This document shows positions 23,923 to 38,600 of a stretch of 64,000 nt of DNA, piece after piece. Source of the DNA: a virus. Taxonomy: Duplodnaviria; Caudoviricetes. The notes under the pieces were generated by a model. The model did not search any database. It saw only the letters and a list, made by a program, of their open reading frames with translations, and was not told where the DNA came from. How positions within the stretch are numbered: position 1 is the first letter of the stretch; each line of letters opens with the position of its first letter. The DNA is taken from positions 1 through 64,000 of the IMG/VR virus record IMGVR_UViG_3300028886_000002. One strand, given 5' to 3'. Made by a program: the position numbers and the translations under genes.

Positions 23923-25740
23923 ATGAATATAATTCCTAAACATTAGAGCGGAGGTCCTGTAACGGTTGTATATCAGCCGTTAGAGAGGCCTCTTGCTTCT
24001 TTAACAATGGCAGCATATGCCTCGGGTGATAGTAATGCAAATGCCTCTTCTGCTTCTGGAGGAGGTGCGTCTTCATCTTCGTCTTCTTCTAAATCAGATG
24101 AAGGACTTTTAACAAAAGATTTAATTAAAGAGGCTTATACTAAAGGATTGCCAAATGATGTAGCTGAATTCATGAGTAAAGTAAATGGATTTGGTAACGA
24201 TTTATTTGGAATGAGTAACGGTTTATCTTCTTCTAACTATAAATAGTTGGTATCAATGTTAGCTAGTTTATAGTTAAATAAAGAGCAATATACGAAAGCT
24301 TTAGAACATGCTACTTCTAAAAATACATTGAACGAACCTGCAGTTACAACTGATGGCAAAGTATTCGTATTAGGAAGTGACGGTTTAATTACTAAAAGTG
24401 TATCAGAAGTAGGTAGGGATGAAAAAACTTTAAGTGTTGGCGAATTGAGTTAGTTAAGAGCTTATTCTAAAGATATGGCATTTGATAATGGTACATTAAC
24501 CAATGCAATAGCAGGAAGTATAAGTATATAGGATGTCTTCAAGAATATCCAAGATGTAGTAAATAAGATAGGTAGTTCAGAAGTAGAAAGTGAAGTTATA
24601 GGTAAGAAAAGCGGAAAAGCGGTTACTTAGGGACTTGAAGTCCTTTTAAGTGAAGCGGAAGACGGTACTTATAAAATCAAAAAAGAGAATAAAAATCAAT
24701 TAGCTCAAGCACAAGTTACCTTACAATATATATTAGCATCTTTGCCTGTTAATCAATAGGCATTGCTTTAGGAATACTCAAGAAGACATGGTATGGACAC
24801 TTCTCAAGGACCTCTGGTACTAATTAAGAGTTTTATACAAGGTCAATTAAGTGACATATCTAAGTTAACTATTGCTTCTGCTCCAGATGGTAGTAGTGGT
24901 TCTGGTGATGGAAGTGGTAGTGGTAATAAGAGGACAAAAATGACATTTCCAATGCAGTTAATTACTGGTGACGGTCTTGCACATAGTACAGAACTTATAT
25001 CATTTGGAACTGGTGAAGCATATAGCGTAGATGTACAAAGTTCTCCATAGATTCCAATGACATCAGGCGGTGTTGTTAAGGCTGGTACTGCTGCTAGAAT
25101 TTTAGATAGTGAATTAGGTGGAATTATAGAATCAGACTCTATACATGTTGGAGAGCAACTTATTAATCCTATGGCATTATCTAGAATGTATTATGACGGT
25201 ACTGGAGTTAAAGCTATGTGGCTTCCAGTAAAGAAGGATAACAATGGTAAAGACATGCCTAATATGGATTTGATGAAGAAATTCATAGAAGTACAGAAGA
25301 GAATCAAAAATTTCACTGTACCTCCAACACCTCAGAAAGTAAATGCTATGCTTAGAGCAGCAGGTTTATCTGACTATTACTCTGCAGATGGGCAAGTATT
25401 AAGTGGTTATAGACGATTTGCTGTAATATCAGTATTAGGAGACGAATCTACATTTAAAGACCCTGATGAGAATAAAGCATTTACTGAAGTTGACGATGAT
25501 GCAACTCGTGAAACCTTTAGTAGAAGTTTAGGTACTGAAAAGAACCCTCTTAAAATAGACGGTGATCTTTATAGAACTAATTTATTTATTCCATTGTATG
25601 ATAGTCCTTCACTTGCTAGACAAGCAGGAGGAAACCCAGGATGGGTACAAGATAAAGGATGGTAGGCTGATGAAGAAGCCTATTCAGAAGTACAAGCTTA
25701 GAAAAATTTTAAACAACCTCAACCTAAAAGTGCATTATAA
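23923..25740 (+). CDS. Virion cargo protein (605 aa)
   Basis: Starts MNIIPKH[Q]SGG. ORFs 24007, 24793 and 25057 are in frame. Ser/Gly linkers. TAA at 25738-25740. Confidence 0.75.
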
Positions 25741-25742
25741 TA

Positions 25743-28700
25743 ATGGATAATAAGCAGAATGATTGGGTATTGACCTCTTTGGCAAACCCAGACTTTAATT
25801 TTACTGACTTTAGTGCTGTAGGTATTACTGCTGATAATACTTCACTATATGACAGACAAAAATATTTAAATAGCAATTTGATTCAAAATACCCCTGAATT
25901 TTAGACTGAGGGGCATTTTGATGAAGCAAAGTTTAATACCTTCTACGATAAAGCTTTAAAAGACTACAATGCGTTATCTGAGCATACTGACCAACAAAAT
26001 GTTAGTTAGGCTATGTTCAGCTATAATAACATATGGGTAGATAAAGAAAAAAGAAAAAAGCAAGTGGATTTTAATGTAGTACAAATTAATAATCCAGACA
26101 GGCGAAACTTTGGTATAGAGAGAATAGGGTATATTAGTGATCCTACAATGACTCCAGAAGAAATTGCTCAAAATGAAAAAGTATGGGATAGTGCTACTAA
26201 TTCTTGGAAAGAATCCCCAAATGATGCTTGGTTACTTAGAAATTGGCTCGATCCTGTGGCTTTGGCTGTATATGAAACAGACGTTGATGCAGATGGTAAT
26301 CCTACAACTGATGAATCAAAAATAGCTCATAGAAAAGGAGAATATAAAATTAATCCTGATACTGGAACATACTATTATGAAACATTAAATGGTAAAACAC
26401 CACATGATAGATAGGTTCTTACTGTGTTTGATGTAATTACTAAGGATGGTTCTGCGGCAAACAAATATGATTTCTTTGACTCTGACGGTATAGATAAAAG
26501 TATAATTGGCACAGTGGCAAAGAATGTTATGCGTATAGCTCCTGCATTCGTAAAATATATAAAGGGTCCTTATATAGCATTAAATGTTGCTCTTGAGGCT
26601 GCAAAATTTCTACCTACAATATATAAATCTACTTTTGGATTAGTGTCAGAAGATAACTCTGTAGCTAATGGAGTAGAGGCTTTTGCTATGTAGTTTGATA
26701 ATAATAAGTCATCCTTAGAAGGGCAGCAAAGTTTCTTCTCTTCTGAAAGTATAGTTAATATGATTGGTGATATTACCAATCAGTTAGTATAGCAGCGTTG
26801 GCTATTTACAAAAGCTCCTAAAGCTTTCAAGAAGTATGATATTACAGGAACAAGTGCAAAACCTTCTCAATTACAATTAGCAGCAGAATAGAAATCATAG
26901 CAATGGGCAACAGACTTAATATAGAAAGGTATTGCTGGTGAAACTATGATAACAGCAGATGAAGCTGTCGCAGCTTCTTTAGCTAAAGCAAGTATTTGGT
27001 AGGAAAACTATATGAAAGAATATCAAGAGCTAGGTAAGTATATATCCAGATTATATATGACTGGTACTTCTTCTTATCAAGCTTATGAAGATGCTAAAGC
27101 TGAAGGTGCTACTGATGAAGAAGCAGCTGCAATGTTTTGGGGATATTTTGCTGGTATGTATGGAATTATGGCTACAGATATTGGTGAACATGTGTTGCCA
27201 GAATTACGTATGCAAAAACGTGAAATTCGTGATATCTTATTAAAAGCAAATGAATAGGGCTTAAAGAATGGAGTAGCAAAAGCTGCTACTACATCTACTG
27301 CAGAAGAAGTTAGTAAGTTTAAAGGCATATTTTAGAAAGCAGGTAAAAAAGCGCAAGAAATGTGGCAAAAGGCTTCTTCTCCTACAATTGCTGGAGGTTC
27401 TTCTATAATGGCTAATATGTTAGCAGAAGGTGTAGAAGAAGTTTCAGAAGAGGCATTATATGATGTATCGAGAGTTACTTTTAACCTTATTAATTCATTT
27501 AGAGGAGGAAAGACTCAGTTATCTGCATTTGATAATGCTCTAGAACGTTATGGTAGCTCATTCTTTGGTGGTTTTATTGGCGGTGGTATTTTTGAAGGTG
27601 TTAATGTAAAAGACCATATAAAGTCTAATATTAATAGGCCGTATGATCCAACTAATAAAGAGGCAAATGAATCACTCATTTACATGATACGTAATGGGAA
27701 GAAAAAAGAAGTATTAGAGTCATTAGAATATCTTCGTAAACATGGAATGCTTGGCGACACTAACTTAAGTGCTGATATAGACCATATTGAAGGAGATCAA
27801 ATAGTTTATAAGCCTGGTACAAAAGAAGATAATCAAAATGAGTTCTCTTATAAATTAATGAGAAATTACATAAATAACATCGATACTGTGTTATCAGAGG
27901 AACAAATGTAGCTTAGTGATGATGACCTGATTAGTGGTGATGGTGTTACTCAAAATGATGTTATTAAGTATTTAAGATCTTCTTATTTAATTTCATCCAG
28001 CCCATCTGTAGGTAAAATGCTATAGGATTATAACAGTATGGGGGATCGTTTTATAGCTTTACATAGTGAGTTAGATGAACTCAATTAGATGGACGATTAG
28101 AAAAAACGTGCAGACGTTAATTGGCAAGAAAAAGTTGACCGCGTTTAGAAGGATCTAGCTGATTTAAGAAAACAAAGGGAAGAATATCTAGGTGATGAAA
28201 ATCAGAAATATTATACGGGTCTAATGATGTTCAGTGGTAATAGTGAAATTGCCAATGCTTTTACACATGTAACTTACCGTTCTTTTGCTGAAGCCAAATT
28301 TAAAAAAGCTTTTGAAGACCTTACTGAATATGAAAAAGAATATGCCAGACAGTCTTATGAAAACTACTTAGCTCTAGAAGCTAATGAAAAAACAACTTAG
28401 GCTTATGACGTATTCATGAACTTAAACAGGCGCTTCGGCGCATCTTTAGAAGCTATAGGTCATAATGCAGAAGCTTATGCAGAAGCTCGTAGAAAAGTAC
28501 TAGAGTCTGTAGTAGAGTTTGATGAAATTAACCCAGAAACAGGAGAAGTAGTTTTAGACGAAAACGGTCAACCTAAAAAACAGAAACTTAACTTAGCGGG
28601 CATAATTGTTAAAATGTTTGGTGATTATAATCAAACAGATGAACAAGTATAGCAGAGAGCAAGAGAGCTTACCAAATATGCTAATCCATTTAGTGAATTA

Positions 28701-31700
28701 CGCAGATTTGTTTTATAGGGAGCAGGAAAAATCTCACAACATTCTCATGTAAATGATCCTGCTGTAACTGCTGCTTTTGAATAGGGTAATCCAAATATAG
28801 ACATTCAAAGAGGTGCTGGTAATAACCCATATTATGATCAAGCCCTTAAGATTATGGATACTTTTATATAGAATCTTCAGTATCTTATAGGCGATGGTAG
28901 TAGAGTTGACGAAGAAGTTGCAAATTCTATACGTGACATAAAGAATGAATTAATAAAAATCGAAGGTAATTTGTTAATGCAAGACGTTATCTTAGGTGAT
29001 GATTTTATTCAGAATTCAGATGCAAGTTTTACATTGTTTAATAATTTCTTTACTGGTTTAACTTTAGATAATTTAAACGATAAATACCAGGATTTACGTC
29101 AGCACTATAATGAAATATTGGAAGAAGCTTAGAACGATGATCCATCACTAGTTGCTGGTACACAAGCTTTATTACAGGAATTTGATGATAGAGTTAGTAA
29201 ATTTAATCAAGCTAACGCTGACTTGATTTAGAAAAATGCAACTATAAATGGTCTTTTGCAGCAGTAGATAGACAATCCTATCTTTAAAGTTTTAAATGAG
29301 TTGGCTGTTACTACTACAGGAAACCCAAGAAGTGTTATAGCATTATTAAGAGAAATTGAATAGCAATTTATCTTAAAGACAAAGGGTGGAGATATTAGTA
29401 AATTCCTTCTTGATGGCACTATCACAAAGGATGATATAAGAAATGCTGAAACTTTGATTACCCAAGTTTAGGCAATGATTAGAGCTGCACAAGTTGATAA
29501 GTTATATAAAGAGAATCCTTTTAGTTTTAACTCGTCTATGAATGCTATAGGTGGGGATGAAAAATTAGGAGAAATCGATCATATTACTGCATCTTTACTT
29601 ATTAGTGACCTTGAGGCATTTAAACGTAAATTAAACTTTGTAAAGAGTTTACATGATATCAATGATAAGGCTTCTTTAAAAGAACACACTGAAGTAGGAG
29701 TGAACTTAAACTATCTTGCATATGATATAATAGGTAATCCTGAAAGCGAATTGTATAAAACTGTTTCTGTAAATGAAGCTGGCGAGAGAGTGATTAAGGA
29801 TAAAGTCATTAATGGTCAAGCTTTCTTAGAAAAAGGCTCTTAGTTAGATAAAGCTATAGGAGAAGCTGAAACTTTAAATAAATATACTCAAGATCCTAAG
29901 AGACCTACTAATATTCCATTAGAAGACCAAATTGCTATAGCAAAAGAAAAACTTAATATTGAAAATGCATTATATGATAGAGTTTGGGAACTTATTAATT
30001 CGGGCAAAACTGCAGAAGAAAGAGAACAAATTAAAGAAGAATTAATATCAGTACTATTCTCTAAATATATTTCTAATGCTAAGAATATAGGTATAAGTAA
30101 TTAGCCAATTAAAAAGGATTCTACTTCAATGGGAGATAGTGTAGAATTAGCCTATTTAACGTCTATTATAGCGTATAAGTCTGGTGATTTCTTATATAAA
30201 TATCATGCTCTTCTAGAGAAAAAGAACTCGAATTTGGCTCCACTTCCAGCACAAACTTTGAGTGTTCAAATCTGTTATTCAATGACACAGAATAAGGACC
30301 TATTTAATTCTGTATTAAAAGCATTGAATGTAGAAGATTACGGCAGAACTCCTATGGATAGTTTTGTAATGGTAGCAGGTATTCCTGGCGCTGGCAAAAC
30401 ATCAGCGGTGTCTAAAATGGTATATGACATAGCTAAAGAGGATAACCCTAAAGTTAGGACTATGACCATTGGACCTACTAATACTCAAGTACAAAATTTA
30501 GTTAGATCTTTAAATCCTTCTACCAAACGTAATAATACATTTACAAAGGATGAATTACTAGAATTCTTGGGGACCAATGAAGAGGCTATAAATGCTTCTG
30601 ATGCTATAGAATTTACAGACTTTGATGATGGTAGAATTTATTATCGTCTTAAATAGGAAATTATAGATGGTTTAGATACAAGTGTTAAACCAGATATAAT
30701 CTTTATCGATGAGTCAACTATCTTTACGAATGCTGAATTGCAATTAATTAAAGGTTATGCCAATAGAGTAGGAGCCGTTGTAATATTAACAGGCGACTTA
30801 CAACAGAGTGCCAGAAGAATGTTCTGGAATCATAATGATAAAACATTATATAATTCAATTACTACTTGTGTTCCTTTCTGTGCTCCCCCTTTAGGAGTAT
30901 CAATGAGAGCCTCTAATACAAATAAACGAGATAATACAAATGCTACTAGTGAATTAGCATAGAATTTCTCAATGCAAAGTATAAGAGATCATAATTTCTC
31001 TGGTACAACAGAAGTGTTAGATTATATTAGAGATCTTTTATCTAAAGCTAAAATTAAAGGTTCTATAGATCCTACTGGAGTAATAAAAGGTGATTTATTA
31101 CGTGATAAACCAGACCTTACCACTGAAGAAGGTAGAAAGGCATTCAAGAAGCAAGTACAGCAAATGATTGATACTTTAAATGAAGGTGAAAAGGTTGGTT
31201 GCATTTATGAAGACGAGTCTTCTGAAATTTATAAATTCTTGACTGAAAACTTCAGTTCGGATAAAATTGAAATGATCAATAAACTTGAATTTTATTCCGA
31301 AGCTAAAGCTCAAGGTAGTGAGCATCAATATTTTATAATTGATGTAAATTGGGATGGAAAGTATAGTAATTTATTAAGCAATACTAGTTTAACACCTGAA
31401 ATAATAAATGATATATTATCATTTATACAATCATTGCATACTACTATTTCTCGTTCCAAATAGGGATCTGTCATTATAGATAACGGTTTAACTAATTTAT
31501 TAGGGTTGGATGTATTTACAACTATAGACCATAATCAAGTGAATGAAGTCAGACCTTCTGAGGAAATGTTGGAATCTTACAGAGATGAGCAGACAGCTAT
31601 ATTTGAAGCTGTATTAAGTGATTATACTCCAACTGATCCTACTGTTGCTGTAGCTACTGAAGGTACAACAGAAGAAGATAGTGATGAAAAGGGAGAAGAG

Positions 31701-34700
31701 GAAGATGAAGAAGACGAAGGAGAAGACGACGATGATGGTGGTGAAGAAGATGATGGTAAAGGAGAACAAGATGTAGATTTAGTTCCCGTCAGTGAAATAA
31801 AGGTACCATTTAGGAATAATGTAGTAGTAGTATTAAAGTTAAAGAAAGATCAAATTGACTATGTACTAGAAAATGGATATCTTATTAAGTCTGATCCAGT
31901 TGTTGTAACTAATAAAACTACATTAAAAACAGCTGTATAGAATATTAGAAATGATTTGATTGCAGGAGTAGCTGTTATACCCGCTGGAACAGAATTAGCT
32001 ACAAAGATTCAGAACGGTGATAAGGATATAAGTATTCCTGCAGAATATATATATCCTAAGTTTACTAAAGACGTAGTAAAAAAATCAAAAGGTAAAGCTA
32101 AAACTCCTAGTAAGAAAAATAAGAATACTAAATTTGATGTAGGGGATATTATTACAATAAAGAAAGAAAAAGGTAAGAATGGTCGAAAAGGATCTTCTAT
32201 TTAGTATAAAATATCTGATATATCTTCTAAGAGAGTATTTAATAAAAAAACCAAACGTTGGACTAGCAAACAAGTATACAAATTACAGCAGGTAGGGAAA
32301 CCAGCTAATGTAAAAGAATGGACTACAGACTTTGTAGATAATAATTACAAGAAAGTAAGAAGCGCAGCTGCTTCTAAGACTACTAAAGAACAGGTATCTA
32401 CATTAGAGAAATTAATGGCTAGAGAAATTAAACCTGCAACTACGGGAGATACCACACCAGTATCAGCTACAGAGTTACAGAACATCCTTAATTATGCTGA
32501 TAATCAAGTAATGGGAGTTAAATTATATTCTGGTCTGTGCTTTAGAAGTGGTATAGGATTTAATGTTACTCCTAACACTGACACCTTTACTTTGACTTAG
32601 CTTGATCCACTAGGAAGAGATGAAGAAAATCCTTCCGACTTAAGTGGTCTTATAATACCTTTCTTAAATATAGTGGATAATAATGGAAATCCTTTGTAGT
32701 ATGACCATAAAACAATGTCTGCTGTAACATAGGGTAACGATTTAGTAGTAGTATAGAAAGGTACTAGTAATGTAATTGGTAAAGTAAATAATCCAACCTT
32801 GCCTGTTAAATTGTTAAGTGAACTTGAAGCAACTCAAGCAAAGCTTAGATCATTATTGATGTTTAATAATGGGAATCTAAGAGAATTACATAAAGATATA
32901 TATGGAGAAGTCTATAATCTATATGCTAACAATTCTGCATTCTTACAGACTACTAAGGATTTAACAAAAATACCTTTATTATAGAATTTGTATAGATTAT
33001 CCAAAAGCTCAAGTCCAGGTTAGTTTACTTTTAAATTAAAGGTATTTAATAAAGATAACTTTGAACCTGAAGTTGACAAAGTATTAAGAATGGGTAACTC
33101 TGCAGTTCCTAATTCTAAATTATTAGTATATTCTATAGAAGGATGTATGGAAATAACTATGGGCGTATTTCCAAATCCTAAAACTGTAGAAACTTATATA
33201 TCTAATTTAGAGAAGATATATAAGTCAATGAAATCTAGTAATAAGGATAAAGCACGCTTAAATAAAGCAATAAGTTAGCTAAAAAATACTTTAACCGTAG
33301 TTAATTCTATAGATTCCAGCTCCAAGAGTTTACAACAAACTACATACTGGGATTTAGGAGAATTCAATTTGGCAGAGCATCGTGTCACTAACACAAAGAG
33401 AAGCCCAATTTAGTTTGCTTTAGGAAATGGATAGACTTAGATGGATTTTGCTCAATTTAAGGAAGATCCAGATATTATTTGCTCTGATCCTTTCTTATTT
33501 ACAGATGCTTATAAAAATTCTGGCTTAGTTGATCCCTCAACTGCAGGTAAAGCTGTTGTATTCTATACTACAGACTTAAACCTTTACTACGGTTTTGAAA
33601 ATGGTAAATTAGCAGTTGCAAATAGTAAAAAGAATGATTCCTTTAAGAAGATAACTAAAGCTAATAGTAACGAATTATATTCCTTATGGGCTACTGTTAG
33701 AGAATAGGCCGTTGCTTCAGGTAATATGGATGATCTTAATGCTTTGGAAGATAAAATTACAATGGTTGTTTTATCTCCAAAGGGCGTATCCTTAGAAGAA
33801 TTCGTAACTCAGGCTATCAAATTAAAAGAAGCCATGAGAAATGGTGTAAAATATATTACTCCTGCGGGAAATATAAACACCTATACTAGAATTATAGAAT
33901 TCTTGATTAATACTAACATAGAAGTAAAGAAATTCTTAGCTAAAATAAATAAGGATAGTGGAAAATCTTCTTATTCTTACGGCACATTATTTAGTGTTAA
34001 TGGAACAAATGCAGCTATTAATTTTAACACTGTAGATGAAGTTAAGTAGTTCCATGATGATTTAACCTAGATGCTCTCTGGTATATTTACAACAATTGAT
34101 TCTAACATTAATCTCTCTGATTATGGTATTGGTAAATCTACCTCTACTAAGAAATTAGAGAGTGCTTTAGGAAAACTATTAGTTGAAGTTATTGGAGACT
34201 AGGACTTAATAAAAGAATTTATTGATAGTGGTAGAGTTGGGTATTCAGCTAAAGGTACTGGAAATACCATAAAAACAACTTTTAGTGGTTCACATTGGTA
34301 TGAAGTATTCTCTTCTATAGTTAGTTACTTTACAAATAATGTAAATGTTGACGACACTGAAATTGCTGAAAATAGAAAAGATTTCTTAAGCAAGTTAGAA
34401 GCTTTACGACAAGTGGACGCCATTGATAAAGAAAATCCATTAAAATTCGGAATCTTCTATAATCCAAGGTTTAAACCAAATCCTAATTTTAACCCTTCCA
34501 AAAAGGAAATGGCTTATCCAGCAACAGATCTCGAAGATCACTTTTATGTTTCAGTTGTACCTCAAACTCCTGACTTTGTATTACCATTAACAACACTAAG
34601 TAAAGTAAGTAGTACTTCAAGTTCGGACAATGTAGGCGGTACTGCTCCTTCAACTTCGGTAGCAAGAGCAATGGCTGCCGCTCCTGCTGCAGCTGCTTCT

Positions 34701-35639
34701 AATTCAGAAGCTGAAAAAGTATTAGTAATGCTTAATAGAGCTATTGAAAAATTTAAGTAGAAGTTAATTGATGAACTACATATACAAGAAAATATTGATC
34801 CTAATTTACTTACAATCCTGGAACAAACTATAAGCGATGTCGTAGATTCAAAAGCAGAACCTATTATACAGGATTTAAGAACAAATGGGGATAATTCTCA
34901 ATATGCAGTAAAAGAGAAAATGATGGAGGCTGCTAATGCATCAGTTAGAACTATACTTACTGATATTGTTACAGAAGTTAATAATAGGATATCTGATCTT
35001 AATATTTCTACTGTTCCTATAGTAACTTATAATGGAATGATAAGTACGCTTGAACAAGAATTACGTTCTAGAAAAAATTATAAAAAGACTGATTTCAATA
35101 GCCCATTAGCTGAAACATAGTTAGTTAAGGATGGTAAAGATTATTTCTTATATTATAAAGAAGATGGAATAGCTTATAGAGTTAAAATAACTATGTAGGA
35201 TGGCTATGTACGTGATATCAGAAGAAAAGTTATAAGTGCATCAGAATTTCCAGGGGCAGCTCCAGCCGTAGAGCCAGAACAAAAATCTGATTCTTTAGAA
35301 TTAATACCTAAAATAATAGAAAGCATTAATTCTGTTGAACCTCAAAGAGAGGGAGGAATACCTCAGTAGTTTGTAGATGCTTTTAATACGGCAAAACAGA
35401 GTCTAATTGAAGCTGTTACTGATTCTATTTCTTAGGATCCTGGAGTTGTAAATGCTGCTGTATCGAAGTGGCAACTTGCTATGAGCATAATAGAAAATTT
35501 AAAGAATATGTACTAGGTAACATCTAACTTAGATGCTGTTATAGCTGAACATATAAAAGAATTAAATTCGAAACAAACATCGGAAGACATTTGCGTAGAT
35601 GCGCAAAACTTAGTAATTTTGTTGAATAAAACAATTTAA
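25743..35639 (+). CDS. Giant virion protein (~3298 aa) with internal superfamily-1 helicase-like domain
   Basis: All + ORFs from 26013 to 34920 share the frame. Walker A GIPGAGKT (30378-30401), Walker B IIFIDES (~30696), ILTGDLQQ, KAQGSE and TTISRSK[Q]G. TAA at 35637-35639. Confidence 0.8.
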
Positions 35640-35652
35640 AATTAATATTCAA

Positions 35653-38600
35653 ATGAACGGACAATGTAGTTTAAATGATTCAAACATATATTCACTTTTA
35701 AATAAGTTATTAGTTCCTGGCAGAAATCTAGATAATACCTATAAAGAGATAGGTAGGACTCTAGTAGAGGGAGGGTATGACTTATCTGAGGATAACAGAG
35801 AACATTTGGCAGAAGCAATGCTAGCTTGGAGGAATGCTAATCTTCCAATAGCATTGTTTTCGCCTGGTTCAGAGAATCAAATATATCTGAGCGCATTAGC
35901 TGCTGATAGTAAAGAATTATAGTATGCTTTAACTTCTATTATTCATTGGGATGGTGATACTAAACCAGAAGATACTAAATAGATGGTTATAGTTGATTAG
36001 GACAACAGTGATAATGATACTGTTGATATTACCACTCGTATTAAGGAGAACCAATTGGATGATATTTACTAGCAAGCTGCAGAAGCTAAAACATTAATGT
36101 AGCAATCTTTTAAAAGAAATATTGTTAGTTCATTGCTAGTAAATTTTAAAATTGGTCAAATTCCAACAACTGCTGAACAAGTAAATAATAATATTGCTTC
36201 TTATAAAGAGGAATTAGCTAAAGCTATCGTTGATTATGCAAATACTTATGCAGAAAGAAATATTACTGCTCAGATGTATAATGAAGATGGTACCTTAAAT
36301 ATTAGTGGGTATAGAACAGTTGAAGAATTAGCAAAGCATCTTTTTGAAAATACTACAGATATTGAACTTATCGACGCTTTTAAAATGAGAAATGAATCTC
36401 CTAAATCTAGAGCATTTCTTGACGCTTTTAATGCTTGGATAATTCTAAATAACTTTGATATGTTATTGAAAGCAGAGTTAAAAGATTCTGTAAATATTAA
36501 GAAAAGTCTTTTAGATGCTCAAGTAGATAAAGATGTTATAAAATACTAGCTTGTAGATGAGTCTGAATTAGTAAAGACTTGGAGAAATTCAGAAGATGTA
36601 AATGCATTAAAAGAACTTGGTAATATAACAACATTACTTATCTCATCTACACCTATGTATGATTACAATAAAGGCAAGCCTTATTTGCAGCCTGGGAAAT
36701 ATGTAGATCCAAATTCATTTTTCTTTGCATTTGCTGATATATTAAGAATACCATCTATTAAGAGAATTTCTGAAAATAAACGTTATAATTCATTAGAAAT
36801 TATCCCTCAAATTATAGATGCTGTTTTATCTATTTCTTCTTTGGGCCCTAATACAAATCTAATACATAGTATAATGTATTCTGTACAATAGCATTTCTTT
36901 AGGACTTCTGGAAAGCAAGCTGACCAAGACTACTCTTTGGCAGAAATTATGCTAAAAGAACAAAATTCTGAAGGTTACTATGTAAATAAGAATTATTTAA
37001 ATTATGTTGCATCTGCTATAGATAAGACTGTACGAAACTTATATTTGACTTATAATTCAAATAGAGACACTGGTGTAATTGAAACTAGAGTTTCTACGGA
37101 TGTATCAGCATCTAATAGTGAATTTGACATTAGGAATTCTATCGAGAGTCCTAATAAGATGCTTCTTCCTTCTTAGAGAGAATAGTTAATAAATACATAT
37201 GTTCTTAACAATAAAGAATACTACGATGCTTTATCTGAAGAAGAGCAAGAGAAAATTGGGTATGATCCACAGTTAAGTTCATATCCAAGTTTGTGGTCTA
37301 TAACTACTGATATTACTGTGGGAGGAGCTCCTGCTAAATTAGTAATACGAGTATTTAATGACATTACTTCAGATGGTAGTTAGAATAATAAAGCAATCCA
37401 TTCTATAAATATAGTAGATGAAAACGAAAATGTATCTACTATATTTAATAGTAAAGATGGATTTAGCCCAGAAGTTCCAGAAGCAATATTACAAAATGTA
37501 GAATCTGTCATAATGGATATGGTAGATGATACATTAAAGCAGAACTTCAAGACCAATCCTGAATTCTTTAATGCTTATATGTAGAATCTTCCTAACAAGG
37601 AAACTGGACAATAGCAGTCACATTTAGAGGGATTATTATACTTAATTCCAATGGCTAACAGAGTATTAATTAAACATACTTTAGAAGCTAAGAATTTAGC
37701 AGAGAATACTTCATTGTTAGACAAAGTATATAGAATTGATCCTATTTATAAATTTTAGAATGGTAAGCAAAAGCCTTATTTATCCCTTTAGAAAAAACTA
37801 AAAGTATTAATGGATACAAAAGGTGATAAGACTGTTGTAAAATTCTTAGGAAATGCTAAAATGGTAATTACAGGAGAAATTGCAAAATCTACATCTAAAA
37901 ATATTGAAGGTAATACTGTTTCTAACAATGGTCTAACTAATCTTATGAGCACTGTTGCTTTAGTATTTGAAGATTCCAGGAAAAAACTATCTACTGAACA
38001 GGATGATAGTATGGAAGACCCATACTATCGTAATTCTTGTTTACGAAACTGTGTCTTTGTACTACAACCTGAATTTTTACATGGAGTAGTATAGAAGCAA
38101 GGTGCAAAAAGTAAAGACGGTTTATCTAGTAAGCTAGACAAGAAATTTAATGTGGCAGAGTCCTTAGAAAGTGCAATAAAATTTGATTTCTTGATTAATT
38201 ATGGGTTAGATCCAACTAATTCACAACAAGGTATAATCAGAATTCAGCCTACAGATTATTCTGATAAAACTACTGACTATCTTCTCGAATTAAATGGAAA
38301 TATTCCACTTTCAAATAATAAAAGTTTAGTAGGAATGTCCTGTATAGAAGTAGAAGAATTGCATAGAACTCAAATGGATAGTATGTATAGTACTATGCGT
38401 GATAACATAGGAAAAGACTATCATGACACATTATTTAATTTCGTATTAAGAAATGCCGAAATATTAGGATTAAACAGAGACTATTTAATACGTTTAGATC
38501 AGTAGGCTGATTATTCAAAATACTATGATTACTATACTCAAATAGTATTTAAAGCAATCAATAATAATATTGGTAACTTACAAATAGATGGTAAAACTTA

